Below are positions 41,201 to 52,200 of a stretch of 64,000 nucleotides of DNA, in pieces. The notes under the pieces were generated by a model. That model was not told the DNA's origin and searched no databases. It saw only the letters and a program-made list of their open reading frames with translations. Made by a program: the position numbers and the translations under genes. The stretch comes from Perna viridis (lineage: Eukaryota). The stretch spans positions 23,436,001-23,500,000 of the forward strand of contig CM074517.1 in NCBI GenBank assembly GCA_037379345.1, written 5' to 3'. How positions within the stretch are numbered: position 1 is the first letter of the stretch; every line of letters begins with the position of its first letter.

Positions 41201-43672
41201 CACTGAGAAAGAAAATTTTTCTTAAGACTGCTGAGTTTTCAAATGTACACAGTTTTTAAATTCCTTGTGTTTGGTACATGTACATACACAAAGATAGAAT
41301 TCAGACCTTAACCTTGAGAGTAAATATTCATGTAAAAACTTCTTTCCTCTACTATGACTACCAGTAGTTATGAAGATAAAAGGCAGGGTTAAATATGTAT
41401 TGAACAGCCTGATGGACAGATTTCTACATTGCCAAAATTAGCTTTTTAGTGACAGGCCCTATTATATTGGCAAAATAAAACCATTACACTGTCTTTGGGT
41501 ACCCTTTTATTATTTAACTGAACCCTACCAATTATTATTTTCTATGATAGAAATAATTTTGTCACCTCTTAAAGTCTGATATTTATCAGTATAAGAAAAT
41601 TATTTTTTTTTAGATTAAAACACATCAGTCTTCAAACTATGACAGTCATACACTTACTGCCTGATAAACTAGCTATATGTAACAATGTAAAGTTCCCATC
41701 AGTTTTCTCTGTAACATTCTCCTCTGTTAAAATTTCTCTCACTTTGTTTACATCACACTTTCTGCAAGTGAAATAGATAGAAATGCTAGGATAAAACAGT
41801 ATATGTCTTAATCCTATTTTAAACACCTGTCTTAACTCGGAATATTGTAAGATGTATGTAATTATTATTACATGTATGTGTAAACACGTGTATTTTGGAA
41901 AGGAAATAGATATGATTTGAGAGAAAGCCATACATCATCAGAAAAATGAAATTAAAAAACAAAATGTACATGTGTAAATGTGCTTCTAAATTTTTTGTGA
42001 TCAAAGACAGTCTTAATTGCTGATATAAGATGATATGTCTCCCTTGAAGTTAAATATTGGTTGAATGCACAGCACATCATTGAAGATCTGATGGTAAAAG
42101 AGTGTTTAAAAGATCCAATATGACTGAATGAATACTCATTTCCTGAAATGCTTTAGGCATCTGTCAACTGAGGTATATATTAAGTTAAGTATCAGTACTT
42201 ATAAAAATTTGACAAGAGGTGATTCATGCATGTCAAAAAACCCACCAAATTCAGTTTTATTTCTTGTTCAAAAAGAGTTAATGATTACATAACAAGTCTT
42301 AGTTTTTTATTTTGTTGTTGCAATTTTGATTTAAAAATTATGTAGATTGTACATGTATGACATTAGCAAGAGTTATCATTCTGGGTTTTGTTTGATTTGG
42401 TTCATTTTAGTGGGAGATACATGTAAATATATGATTTTCTAAAAAGTGCAGATCTGAATGCAGAAATGATTATTGTTATACAAATGTATATCATATGTTG
42501 ACTGAAAAAGCATCATTTGTTTGGTGTTTTTCTCCACCATGAATCACTTTACCATTGGCAGTGTCTGATTTTTATGTAGACTGGTACTTAACTACATTCT
42601 ATCAATTTATGTTTGGAACAAATGTACACAGATTACTTACGCACAGAATTGTTGAAGATCTGACCAGTCAGAATCTCTTGGTCTTAAATCTTCTATCACT
42701 CTTGATCGAAAAATTGAATAGCTTTCACTTATTTTCTTTTTCAATTCATCTGAAAGTAAATACAGGGAGAAAACTTTTCATGGAAAATATAACTCTCCTA
42801 GATATGAAAGTGATTACTATTCACTTCTGATAATTTAGTAACTAATTAAAATAAAATCTACATGTACGAATGTGTATCACTCCTCATAAGTGAACTTCTG
42901 GGTATTGACACAGAAGATTTAATTTTTATGCTGTTTAAAGCTCTATACAATACAGACAAGGCTGCTACTGTTCCAATATATCAAATGTAAAATGTTTTAC
43001 TTTTTTTGTCTACAATCATGATAATAACATGATCACTTCTATCAGTCAAACTATATATCCCATGCCTTCTAAAGCAGTTATATGGTAATTACACACTGTA
43101 CTGCTAAGTAATGATTTTTTTCTGATCGTTTTCGTACTATTCCCTACTTGCGGAGCTCAGGATGCAGTCAGATTTTATCCTGTTTTTGCAGAGTTACCTC
43201 CCGTAAGAGCAGGTATAATTTCAAAGTCTCTCTAATCGATGTTCGGATTCAGGTGCAGAAAAAAGAGGTAACTCGAATGAAAATGGAATTCTCAGCAGAC
43301 AAACACAATGGTGTTTCTAAAATTTACAGGGTGTTTCATTTTGTTGGTAGGTTACATAAGGATGATTTTCATTTGTATCGGGTAAAGAAAATTTATGGCA
43401 GGGTCAGTAGAACGAGAAATTCCCTTTTGACTTTAGAGATTTTCTAAAGTATCATCGATATCGGATGGAAAACCTTACTTGTTCCGAATAGACACCTGCT
43501 CCAAAGGGAGATAAATGTTGACAAAATGTTGGTCCGCAAGTCGGGAATACCAGGTATGTTAATGTGATTCTGCTTAAAAGAAATATACACTGTAAGAAGT
43601 AACCATGACCATGCCAAGAATAAGTATGTTACCTGCACAAGAAACAGTGGGTCTGGATTTATAGTTTCCCAT
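26271..43672 (-). CDS. TNNI3K: Serine/threonine-protein kinase TNNI3K (ankyrin repeats + TKL/MLK-type kinase + Ser-rich tail), about 851 aa
   Basis: 21 phase-compatible exons: 43633-43672 ([13 protein letters not shown]), 42641-42749 ([11 protein letters not shown]), 41658-41761, 40890-40987, 40548-40661, 38697-38795, 37831-37975, 35941-36079, 35025-35224, 34557-34712 (ankyrin repeats), 34138-34281 ([12 protein letters not shown]), 33285-33435 ([17 protein letters not shown]), 32669-32795 ([11 protein letters not shown]), 31594-31661, 30638-30795 ([18 protein letters not shown]), 29886-29935 (ESRFL..NMTKQPG), 29468-29600 ([17 protein letters not shown]), 29041-29150, 28574-28809, 27696-27754, 26271-26386 (GYVSDPLS..*). 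Sum 2556 nt; these motifs match vertebrate TNNI3K as I recall it. Confidence 0.96.
26412..26627. mobile_element. MITE, TACTGT family (diverged)
   Basis: Internal homology to the 15590 and 22764 copies. Confidence 0.7.
26795..27423. mobile_element. 629-bp non-autonomous TIR element with TA(TA) flanks
   Basis: TATA|CTCGACGTCATATA ... TATGTGATGCCGAG|TATA; interior is CpG-rich relative to the host intron. Confidence 0.7.
30234..30610. mobile_element. Tc1/mariner-type MITE with GATCG/ACCG-rich subterminal repeats
   Basis: TA|CAGTCCTTGAACCGATCCGCACAA ... TTGCACGGATCGGTTCAGGTACTG|TA. Confidence 0.85.
31309..31465. repeat. Long imperfect palindrome (element-derived hairpin)
   Basis: TAGCAAATAA..GCAATATATGGA..GGTTGCCCCAAAAA / TTTTTGGGGTGACC..TCTATATATTGC..TTATTTGCTA. 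Confidence 0.65.
31857..32366 (-). mobile_element. 510-bp SINE-like non-LTR retro-element with 12-bp TSD
   Basis: TSD TAATCTTATCGC at 31845-31856 and 32367-32378; 3' (CAAA)n tail on the minus strand; internal GCACGTTAAAGAACCC and 5' GCTTGTCGTAAAAGGCGACTAA motifs that I recall from invertebrate SINE/RTE-related elements. Confidence 0.88.
33618..33742. repeat. Long imperfect palindrome
   Basis: ATCATTGTTTTAC..GGCCATTTA / TAAATGGCC..GTAAAACAATGAT. Confidence 0.65.
36485..36606. repeat. Long imperfect palindrome within a dispersed repeat
   Basis: TGAA..ACATGTTAAAATCTGTAT / ATACAGATTTTGACATGT..TTCA; the upstream CCCTATATCACAC motifs at 36360-36440 recur at 61283-61385. Confidence 0.55.
38490..38654. 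mobile_element. Small CAG..CTG TIR element with 7-bp flanking duplication
   Basis: AATATAC|CAGGGTAGGAAA ... TTTCTAACTCTG|AATATAC. Confidence 0.65.
43138..43549. mobile_element. Non-autonomous TIR element in TNNI3K coding intron 1
   Basis: 17-bp TIRs TATTCCCTACTTGCGGA / TCCGCAAGTCGGGAATA (1 mismatch). Confidence 0.75.
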
Positions 43673-44129
43673 CCCTGTTCATCATATATCTTCTGCATTA
43701 TGATCATCACTTCATCTGTTACTACATCTCTATGCCAACTTAACTACGTAATATTAATATACAACAAATATCTACTCACTAATTAATTTTAATTCAATAT
43801 CAAATTGGTGAAAGTAGTATTATACAAAATGCAAGTATATCATTTACAACTTAACATGTTACTATACACAGAACTCAAGTAACTTTTAATCAATATCAGT
43901 GTTTGAACCTGGTGGAAAAAAATTGGGTGTTGAATACCTATGCATGTGGGTACTACTAAACAAAGGGTGGTAAAGAGCACAAAAGCCTGGTAAAGACTGG
44001 TACCGAAATATTTATTTTATTGAATAAAAGTTTCTTCGTATCTAAATAGTGATATTCTTTTATTTTTAGCTAAAATGTTTTTGGTGCATTTCTGTAGACA
44101 TTTATTCACATACGGTCACAACATTTTCG

Positions 44130-44775
44130 TTTCTCCAACATGGCGGCCGTAAAGTCTGGAGGTACACAATTCGTGACAATTTCAGAGTGTAATATTGTTT
44201 TTATGCAAGTTGTAGTTTAATCATGTTATTTTGTCATTTTCATGTTTTTAAAACTTTTTCAGTCTTTAATATTGTATTTTATCACTCATTTATAACTCCC
44301 AGATGTCACGACAGATTCGTTGTAGATTGGAAATTGTCTATGTCAGACTGGGGCTAGTTAGAGAATTAGCCCACTCTGAATGTAATTGAAAAGTGTACAT
44401 GCTGCAAAACATAAAAACAAATCAGGAATTTTTTTAAATAGTTTATAGACTAAAGAGAATGACTGTAGAACATCAACCCTAGGCCTAGGTCAATAGACGG
44501 ACGAGAAGGCGTTCTCTCTACCAACATATACATGTACCGAACTGGATACGATTGCTGGTGTGAAATTATCATAAAAGAAAAAAATGAACGGTCAATGTTG
44601 AGTTTGTAGCACGCTTCGTACTTTAAATGTTTCTTTCTAATCTGATAACATTTGAAGTTTCTTACATTTGCTCAATCCAGTGTTAGGAAAGTTTCCGAGT
44701 AGTTCCGATTGAATTTCTAGCTTACCAAGTCGTCTCAAGACTTTTTCGATCCAATATATCCAATCGCTCAATGGG
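44130..44775 (-). promoter_or_regulatory. Probable TNNI3K promoter / 5' UTR region
   Basis: CpG-enriched; YY1-like CAACATGGCGGC at 44137-44148; two CCAAT boxes near 44751 and 44760; minus-strand donor G|GTAAG near 44725 suggests a non-coding first exon. Confidence 0.35.
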
Positions 44776-45000
44776 AAAAAAGAACATGCAAAAAATCCAA
44801 ATTTACTATATTTCAATTAGTTTGATAAATTATTATAGTTTGAACAGTTTTCAATTATCATATATGAAAGATTTTAGATAAAAACATTCAGTCAATTTCA
44901 AAAAGAAGTATAATCAAAACCGGGGACCATGGGGTCGGACCCCCATTTCTAGGACAATTTTGTTCATTTCGTAAAATGAGCAAATGATAGCATTGGATAC

Positions 45001-45540
45001 CGATATAATTATATCGAGATAACGATATAATAAGAGATAAAGACATGACATAATTATATCGAGATAACAAAATAAATATATCGGTATAATGATATAATAA
45101 TATCGAGACACCAAATTAATCATATCGAGACAACGAATTCATTATATCGATACAATGAAATTAATATATTGAGATAACGATGTAAATATCGAAATAACAT
45201 AATAAACATATCGCGATAACATAATATATCGATATGAAGATATAATTATATCGAGATAACGTTATAATTATATAGAGATAACGGTATAATTATATCGAGA
45301 TAAAGAAATAAATATATCGAAATAACGATATAATATAATTATATCGAGATAACGACATGAAGATATCAAGATAATGAAATGAATATATCGATATAACGAT
45401 ATAATTATATCGAGATAACGAATTAATTTATTTCAATATATAACGAAATAATTATATTAAGATAACGAAATAAATATATCGTGATAACGATATAAATATC
45501 GAGATAACGATATAAATATATTGAGATAACGATATAATTT
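45001..45540. repeat. About 22-bp AT-rich tandem array (CGATATAATTATATCGAGATAA), probably internal to a non-autonomous element spanning about 44920-45571
   Basis: More than 20 degenerate copies; flanked by the hairpin GGGGTC-G-GACCCC (44931-44943) and GGTTCCCTATGGGCTTCAGTA. Confidence 0.9.
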
Positions 45541-45771
45541 TATTTTTTTAGGTTCCCTATGGGCTTCAGTAAATCAGTTAATCAAACACATACAAACTCG
45601 GTGATTCATGATTAGGCTGGATTTCGTAATAAATTTGACAATACATAAACTGAACTTTTAACTTTGCATGGAAGCATGTGCATACGTGTACATGCTGTTG
45701 ACACAATATTTATGTCGTATGATGTTTAACTGTGCGCCAGGCTGATGTGGCTTGTATTGCAGTATCCTCTG

Positions 45772-45937
45772 CAGGGGTGGATCCACACTGAAAAGAAGGG
45801 GTGCCGGCCGGGCTTCCTCGGAAAAAGTTTATGTGTGTTATTATTACCTTTTTTTTGTCAATTTTACACATGAAAATGACAAATTTTCCAATAAAAAGGG
45901 GGTGCCAACCCCTGCATCACCTCTGGATACGCCACTG
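45772..45937. mobile_element. CAG(G/T)GGCGGATCC-family MITE, 5-bp TSD
   Basis: CTCTG|CAGGGGTGGATCCA ... TGGATACGCCACTG|CTCTG. Confidence 0.8.
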
Positions 45938-46565
45938 CTCTGAACAGATTATAATAAACGAGTTGGAAACAAAAAAAAACTGATTCCTTGTAAAAATTCC
46001 AACACAAAAAGAAGAAAGAAGTTCAGACACAATAGAACTTTATGAATTTTTTACCTCTGACCAAATACTCCAGTTATAGTAGCCGTATAAATATTAGGAC
46101 ATAATGTTAACATACCTGTAATTGAATATTAGCTCAAAGGAAACATATCATTGACCAGGGCAGGGGCAAATCAAGAATATTAGAAAAAAAGAGGGACTCT
46201 GTTCAAAACGTTTATAAACAGGTATACAATCTATCATTTGCTATTTACTGTCTATAAGTTGTCATAAACCTACTTTTTTTGCGGCGTAAACATTCATTGA
46301 CAAAGCAATTGTAGTAAGTGGATTGTGCATTAAATTCATTGGTATAAAAAAGAGTTACTTCTTTTGTCATTTTGACAAGGCAGAGAAGTTTTTTGAATAT
46401 TTACAATGCCATAATTTTAATTTTCCGGCAGCCAATCACGTCTGTCTCTTAACGTAAAGAATGAAGACGTGAGCCACTTTAAAAATATGGTTGACTTCTC
46501 GAATTCTGATTTGCTATAATCTAATACCATTAAAACTGAATCTGGGATTTATCACAACTGTAAAA

Positions 46566-46747
46566 CAGTGGCGGATCCAGAGGGGTGGCGGGGGCCCGTG
46601 CCCGAGCCCTCTCTTAGAAAAAAAATCGTTGAAAATTGTGTGTGTTAAATCATGAAAAATACTTACTTCGTGATCCTCACCGGTGATCCTGTCAAGGAAT
46701 TTTTTTTTGCCCCCTCCCCCTTACCTAAAACTCTGGATCCACCACTG
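46566..46747. mobile_element. CAG(G/T)GGCGGATCC-family MITE, 5-bp TSD
   Basis: TAAAA|CAGTGGCGGATCCAGAG ... CTCTGGATCCACCACTG|TAAAA. Confidence 0.85.
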
Positions 46748-46761
46748 TAAAAGCAGCTTAA

Positions 46762-46832
46762 CTAGCCAAGGGTTACGGTCTTACCCCCTCCCTTCATTCC
46801 ATGGGAGGGGCAGAATCGTAACCATTGCCTAG
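46762..46832. repeat. About 70-bp hairpin element
   Basis: CTAG-CAA-GGTTACG..CCCCTCCC / GGGAGGGG..CGTAACC-TTG-CTAG. Confidence 0.7.
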
Positions 46833-47482
46833 CGAAGATGCTGTAAGAGCTAACAATCGGAAATAAGCCACTCATAACTTGGAAACTTTTGATCGGTCTA
46901 TATGATAGTAAAGGCCGATTTTATTCAAAATAATCCATTTACAAAAAAAATCTTTGTAACGTTCTCTTTTCACCGTCACATACTTGATGACTTTTAAGCA
47001 ATGCTGGAGTTTCCCCTCATTTGTTTAAATCCGAAATGACATCATTTATATCAGAACAGATCGACGGGCGCTTAAGGAAAACAGAGAAAAGGCGTTAGAA
47101 TTAATATCCTACCAATGAACCTGGTCCAAACACCCAGTTTATTTTGTCAAGCCTGGGTTGCTAATTAATTATTTAAATTTATATATGTTATTGTTAAGAC
47201 TATCTTTGGTGCCTTGTCTTGACTACGAATATCCTGTTCTTCGGTCCAATTTCACCAAAACGAACATTGTTGAGCGCTCAATTATTGAATAACCAAAAAA
47301 AAAAAAATATGTCAAACTTTTATCTATCAACTTAAAAAAACCACTTAAAATATTGATCATGTCAAAAATAAGTTACTTTGGATAAAATTCATGCTTTTCT
47401 GTTGTAAGAACAGTTCAGAAACAGAACAGGTTGTCCGGGAATTTATTTCATATTTTACAATTATAGTATAATGAGTAGTTAA

Positions 47483-47876
47483 GTAGCTGTCTTTGTAAGA
47501 ATCATGCAAAATCTGAAAAATGTGATACACCCAAAATAAGGCTACATATTTTTTCTGTAATTAAGTTGTTTTATGGGTCTATACTATGAAATGTGCAATC
47601 ATTCATTCAAATCTGCCTGCTCGTAGGAGATAATCAACCATTGAAAATCCAATAGATTCTAATGTATTTGAGTGACATTTACAGAGTTATCTCCCTTAAC
47701 TTTGAAATCTACAGTGCATTCTATATAACATTTTTTCCCTAAGAACACGGGTTATATGAAAAACTGAATGTTAATTTCTGTATATAATGGCAAACAAAAT
47801 ATAATATCAAAAGTAAAAATATGTAGGCTTTTTACCCATGAATAACATTTTGCATGATACTTAGCTGAAGTGCTAC
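47483..47876. mobile_element. TTAA-flanked non-autonomous DNA transposon
   Basis: TTAA|GTAGC..AAGAATCATGCAAAAT ... ATTTTGCATGATACTT..GCTAC|TTAA; homologous to 21125-21521. Confidence 0.8.
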
Positions 47877-49297
47877 TTAATATGTGAAAATTTGCAAATT
47901 CAAACTCATTTTTTCAAAGCCCATGTTGCAGATCGAATCGAGAACGTTGTGCTTATTTTATTTGTTATTCAATACAGAATATTTAGATATACATGGTAAT
48001 ATTCTACGCGGTGTTTTATTATCTCTTAATCACTGAAAATGCACTAATATGCAACCAATTTCTGGCATTTTTTTTTCAGTGATTAAATAGTCAACTTTAC
48101 ATTTTTAAATTCTGTGCATGTGATCCCAATACCTGCAATAAAATATTTCACTTAAATTACTTATCAAAGTGTACTGGGGTCGATTGATCTTTGACCCCTC
48201 ATCTAATTAATGCAAAATAGCAGAAAACTTTACTTTTCAGTTAGAAAAGAATAATATTCAAAAACAACATTGATTTTTCTTTCCATTGACAATGCCCGTA
48301 TACCCTCTAGGCCCATTAAACTCGAAAACTAAAGCACTTTTTAATACCTGTCCGCAGCACTATATTGAATAAAGCATTATCAAAAAAATATGTTCAATAT
48401 TAATTTCGCCGTCATAGATAGATGTATCAAAAAATTTGCGAGCTTGAATATATAGAGGGCGCGCTCCAGAAAATAGTGAATTGCATCTTCTATCACCCAA
48501 CTGCAGTCACATTTAGGACATTGTTTTAATCCAACACGAAATGTCTTAGACATTAAAGAATCATAAAATTTATGTGATCTTGGAAAGGTACCTCGGATAT
48601 TGTGTCTGTAGGATGGAGATGTGGAAAATCGGATACTAAGATCCAGAGCATTCTATAAATTTACCGTTGATGGAAAGGAAGAATAAGAGAATAACCGAAG
48701 TCTTGTAACACGTTTACTAAACAAAATAAAAAAATACAGGACACAGCTATAGGTCTTTAAAATCGTCTTTCTGCATCTGCTTTAGATACACACATGTGAA
48801 CGTAAATATAATGTGGTCCCAAAGATTTTATTTAATGTTTTTTATGAGTATACATATATGCGTCACAAAAATATATAATCGACATTTAAGTGACTAGGAA
48901 TTTAATGAATATCTAAAGACCCAAGAGTTTTGATCAAAACATGGTTACAAGAGTCCATACAAGAACAAACTCTGTTTATACCACTCGACATCAGTGCAAA
49001 ATCCGAAATAATCCATGAGACACATTAATTCGCGTGGTATGGTTATGAATTATATGAAAAAAAAAGTTACCAGAATAAATTTGTTTAAGGAATCACAAGC
49101 CGGTAGGAAAGATAATGTTTGAACAGTTATTCTCCAGCAGCAACACACATTAAAAGGATTTGAATTATATTTGGAAATTATTTTCGATGGACTAGAACCA
49201 GGTTGACATTTGAGAATTTAAAATCCGAGTTACATATATTAAAAGAATTATTATTCGAACAAACCCGATTAATTGAATGAAGATCACAATACAGTCT

Positions 49298-52200
49298 TCA
49301 TCGTTCAAAATTCTGAAATGATCCTGGCATTTGGGTAAGCTCACGTACCGCCGGATATCTCCTACGAGTAGTGTCATTAATTTTCTTTGTAACGGTTATG
49401 TCTGGCTTTGGCTGAGGAGTTTTCATTGAACTGTGCTTATCTACTGAAAATAAAGAAATATTAGCCTCTGACATAACCATATCTATACTTGATGGCCTCT
49501 GAATTGACAATGGTGTTGAAGTTCTTGGAAATGAAGTGCTAACAAACGAATTGTCAGCTTGGGCAGATGGAAATGCTCCATTCGATATTTTATTTTGGCG
49601 CATGCTCGACGTTCTAGATTTGGATCGTGGATTGTGTACGTATAGGTTCATTCTATATTCTAGCGGAGCTAATGAGGGCACTTGACTTGTTTTACTGGCC
49701 GCTGCAGCTTCTCTCGCCATTTCTTCACGATCAGTCTTTTCTTTAGCCTTTAACACGGAAATAACACGAAGTTCTCTCTCTAAGTTTGTTCGAACTCTAT
49801 CTATCCTTAAAGCGTTACTTCGTTTTCTTTCGGACTCTTCCCTCATCTGTGTAGCTATACGACTTTTCATGGTGTCAATTCGTTCGATCGGAGGTTGCGG
49901 CTTTGTTACCAGTTTTAATCTGCCTTCAGGTTCCTGGAATTCTTGATTATGTTTCCATTGTTGGAGTTCCATACTCTGTGGTTGTCCATTTCTAATGGGT
50001 TTCACCTGAAGGTGCGGCTCTGTCAATAATTCCTTGTTGACAACCGTTGATGTATCTGATAATGTTACAACAGTATGTGCTCCTCTCGGTAATGGTTTTG
50101 GAACTGTTAAAAAATAAAATGAGTGTCACGTATAACTCTTTTTGCCATTGAAAATATTCTGTTTATATTTATAGCAGATTTTGGTATACGCATATCTCGC
50201 TTCCGTGGCGAAAAAACGTGTTAAGTTCATCTTAATTTCATTATACCACTTTCTATCATCATCATCCCATTTCAAGATTTAACTAAATCACTTCATATAA
50301 TAGTAATGTTTATATTAGAAGAACAATACATTTGATATACCATGAAACTTGTCTTAACCGAACCCTGAGTAATCCGAAAACCTGTCTTAACAAGATACCT
50401 TTTAAAGTCTTTTTTTATGAATTTAAATTGTATTTTGAAGCTTGTTAAACCTAACACCTCTAAAAACCTAAACAATCTTAAAGTCCAAAAGGGATCTGAT
50501 TAGACAGGGTTCATTGTAAAATGTTTAAACGCAAATGTTTTCAGATAAGAACCAACCGTAATGAAGAATGGATAATACTTTGGAAGAAAACATTTCTATA
50601 TATTTTATTGGTTCGCTTTCATGCATTTTATGTTAAACTGTTAAGCAAAGAACTATATTAATCAAAAAGAAAACATATCAAACCTACTTATTACAATTTT
50701 CTTCTCGTGTTTTTTTATATGTCTTCTGTAAAGACAAATCCCGATCACGATAGCTAAGAATATGATAAGCATGATGGAAAAGACGATTGCAAGTATCGCA
50801 GCAATGCTCAGATAATCATTCGATGACACCGGAGCTGAAAGAAAGAGGAAAATTCAAATGCTTAGATACGCTGAAAACGTAGTACTATTAGATTTTGAGA
50901 CGCCATTTTAAGAGCGTTTAAAAGCCTATAATACTAAATCGTACTATATTACGGTTAATTGCTTTTTTTCTACAGCTACTATGTTGTTGGTCACTGCTAC
51001 TCCAAAAATAATACTAAATGAAAAATTCAATCGATAGATAGAGAAACAAAGACCTCATGTTAAAATACGAATGATAATAATAATAATAATACCCCCCTCA
51101 AATAAGACTTATTCTGTGATACAGTATGGAAGCCAATCCTGACAAGTTTCAGGCTATTACGATTAAGAGAACATTACTATTGATTTAGATGGTAATGATA
51201 TCCTCTGTGAGGATGAGGTAAATCTACTTGGAATAACATTTGATTTTAAATGGAACTTTAATAGCCATATCTGTAATGTATGTAAAAAGGCATCACAACA
51301 ATTTAATGTATTAAAAGAATTGGAAATCATCTCAGTAAATTGTGTAAACTTACAATATATTATTCTTTTATACTAGCAAATTTCAACTATTGTCCATTAG
51401 TATAGCATTTTTGTAATGAAAGCTGTACCAAAAAGTTAGAAAAGATTCAAGAAAGAGCTTTCCGCATTATTTATAATGATGATAAAAGTACACATGAAGA
51501 GTTGTTAATAAAGTCTAAGATACCATCCTTAAGAATTAGACGATTGAGATTTTTAGCTATACATGTATATTAAATAATAAACAAACTTACTCCTATATAC
51601 TTACATGAATCGGATATGATAACTGTTAAAGAAAGTTCTTACTCTTTTAGGTATACAAACTTGGTGAACATACTAAGAGTAAACACAACCAGGTATGGCC
51701 TGCAGCTATGGGGTAGCTAAACTGTGAAACCAACTTCCAAATGAATTAAGAGGGGACATGGGATTTGATCAATTTAAAAGTTTGATAAATAAGTGGGAGG
51801 GGAAGGGATGTTCTTGTTCCTTTTTACAATAGTTTGGCTTTCCCAACTGACAGGCGCAACATCATCTTCTTAAAATCTTTCAATTATTATTTTAATTTTG
51901 CCGGCTTGTTAATTTTAATGCTTTTAACTGCTTAGTAGTATCTGCTTTTAAATTGTGTCTGCATTGCTCTTATTATTGTGCTTTTTTTATGTGCTTGATT
52001 ACTTTCATGTTATTTATAACCAGTATGTCATATTGCTATAAGTTGATATGTATGTCTTGTGTTTTATTTATGTCGATTTTAAAAGCTCTTCATAGCTTAT
52101 GTTTATTGTTTGACATATCGACTTTAAATAAAGTTTACTTGACTTGACTTGACTTGACTTGAGTTTAATGTTCAATTTATTTGCTAATGTTTGTCTACCA

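Noticed and set aside
44140-44161. ATG GCG GCC.. as the first exon of a divergent plus-strand gene
   Set aside because: Weak donor and no downstream coding exons found; better explained as a YY1-like motif.
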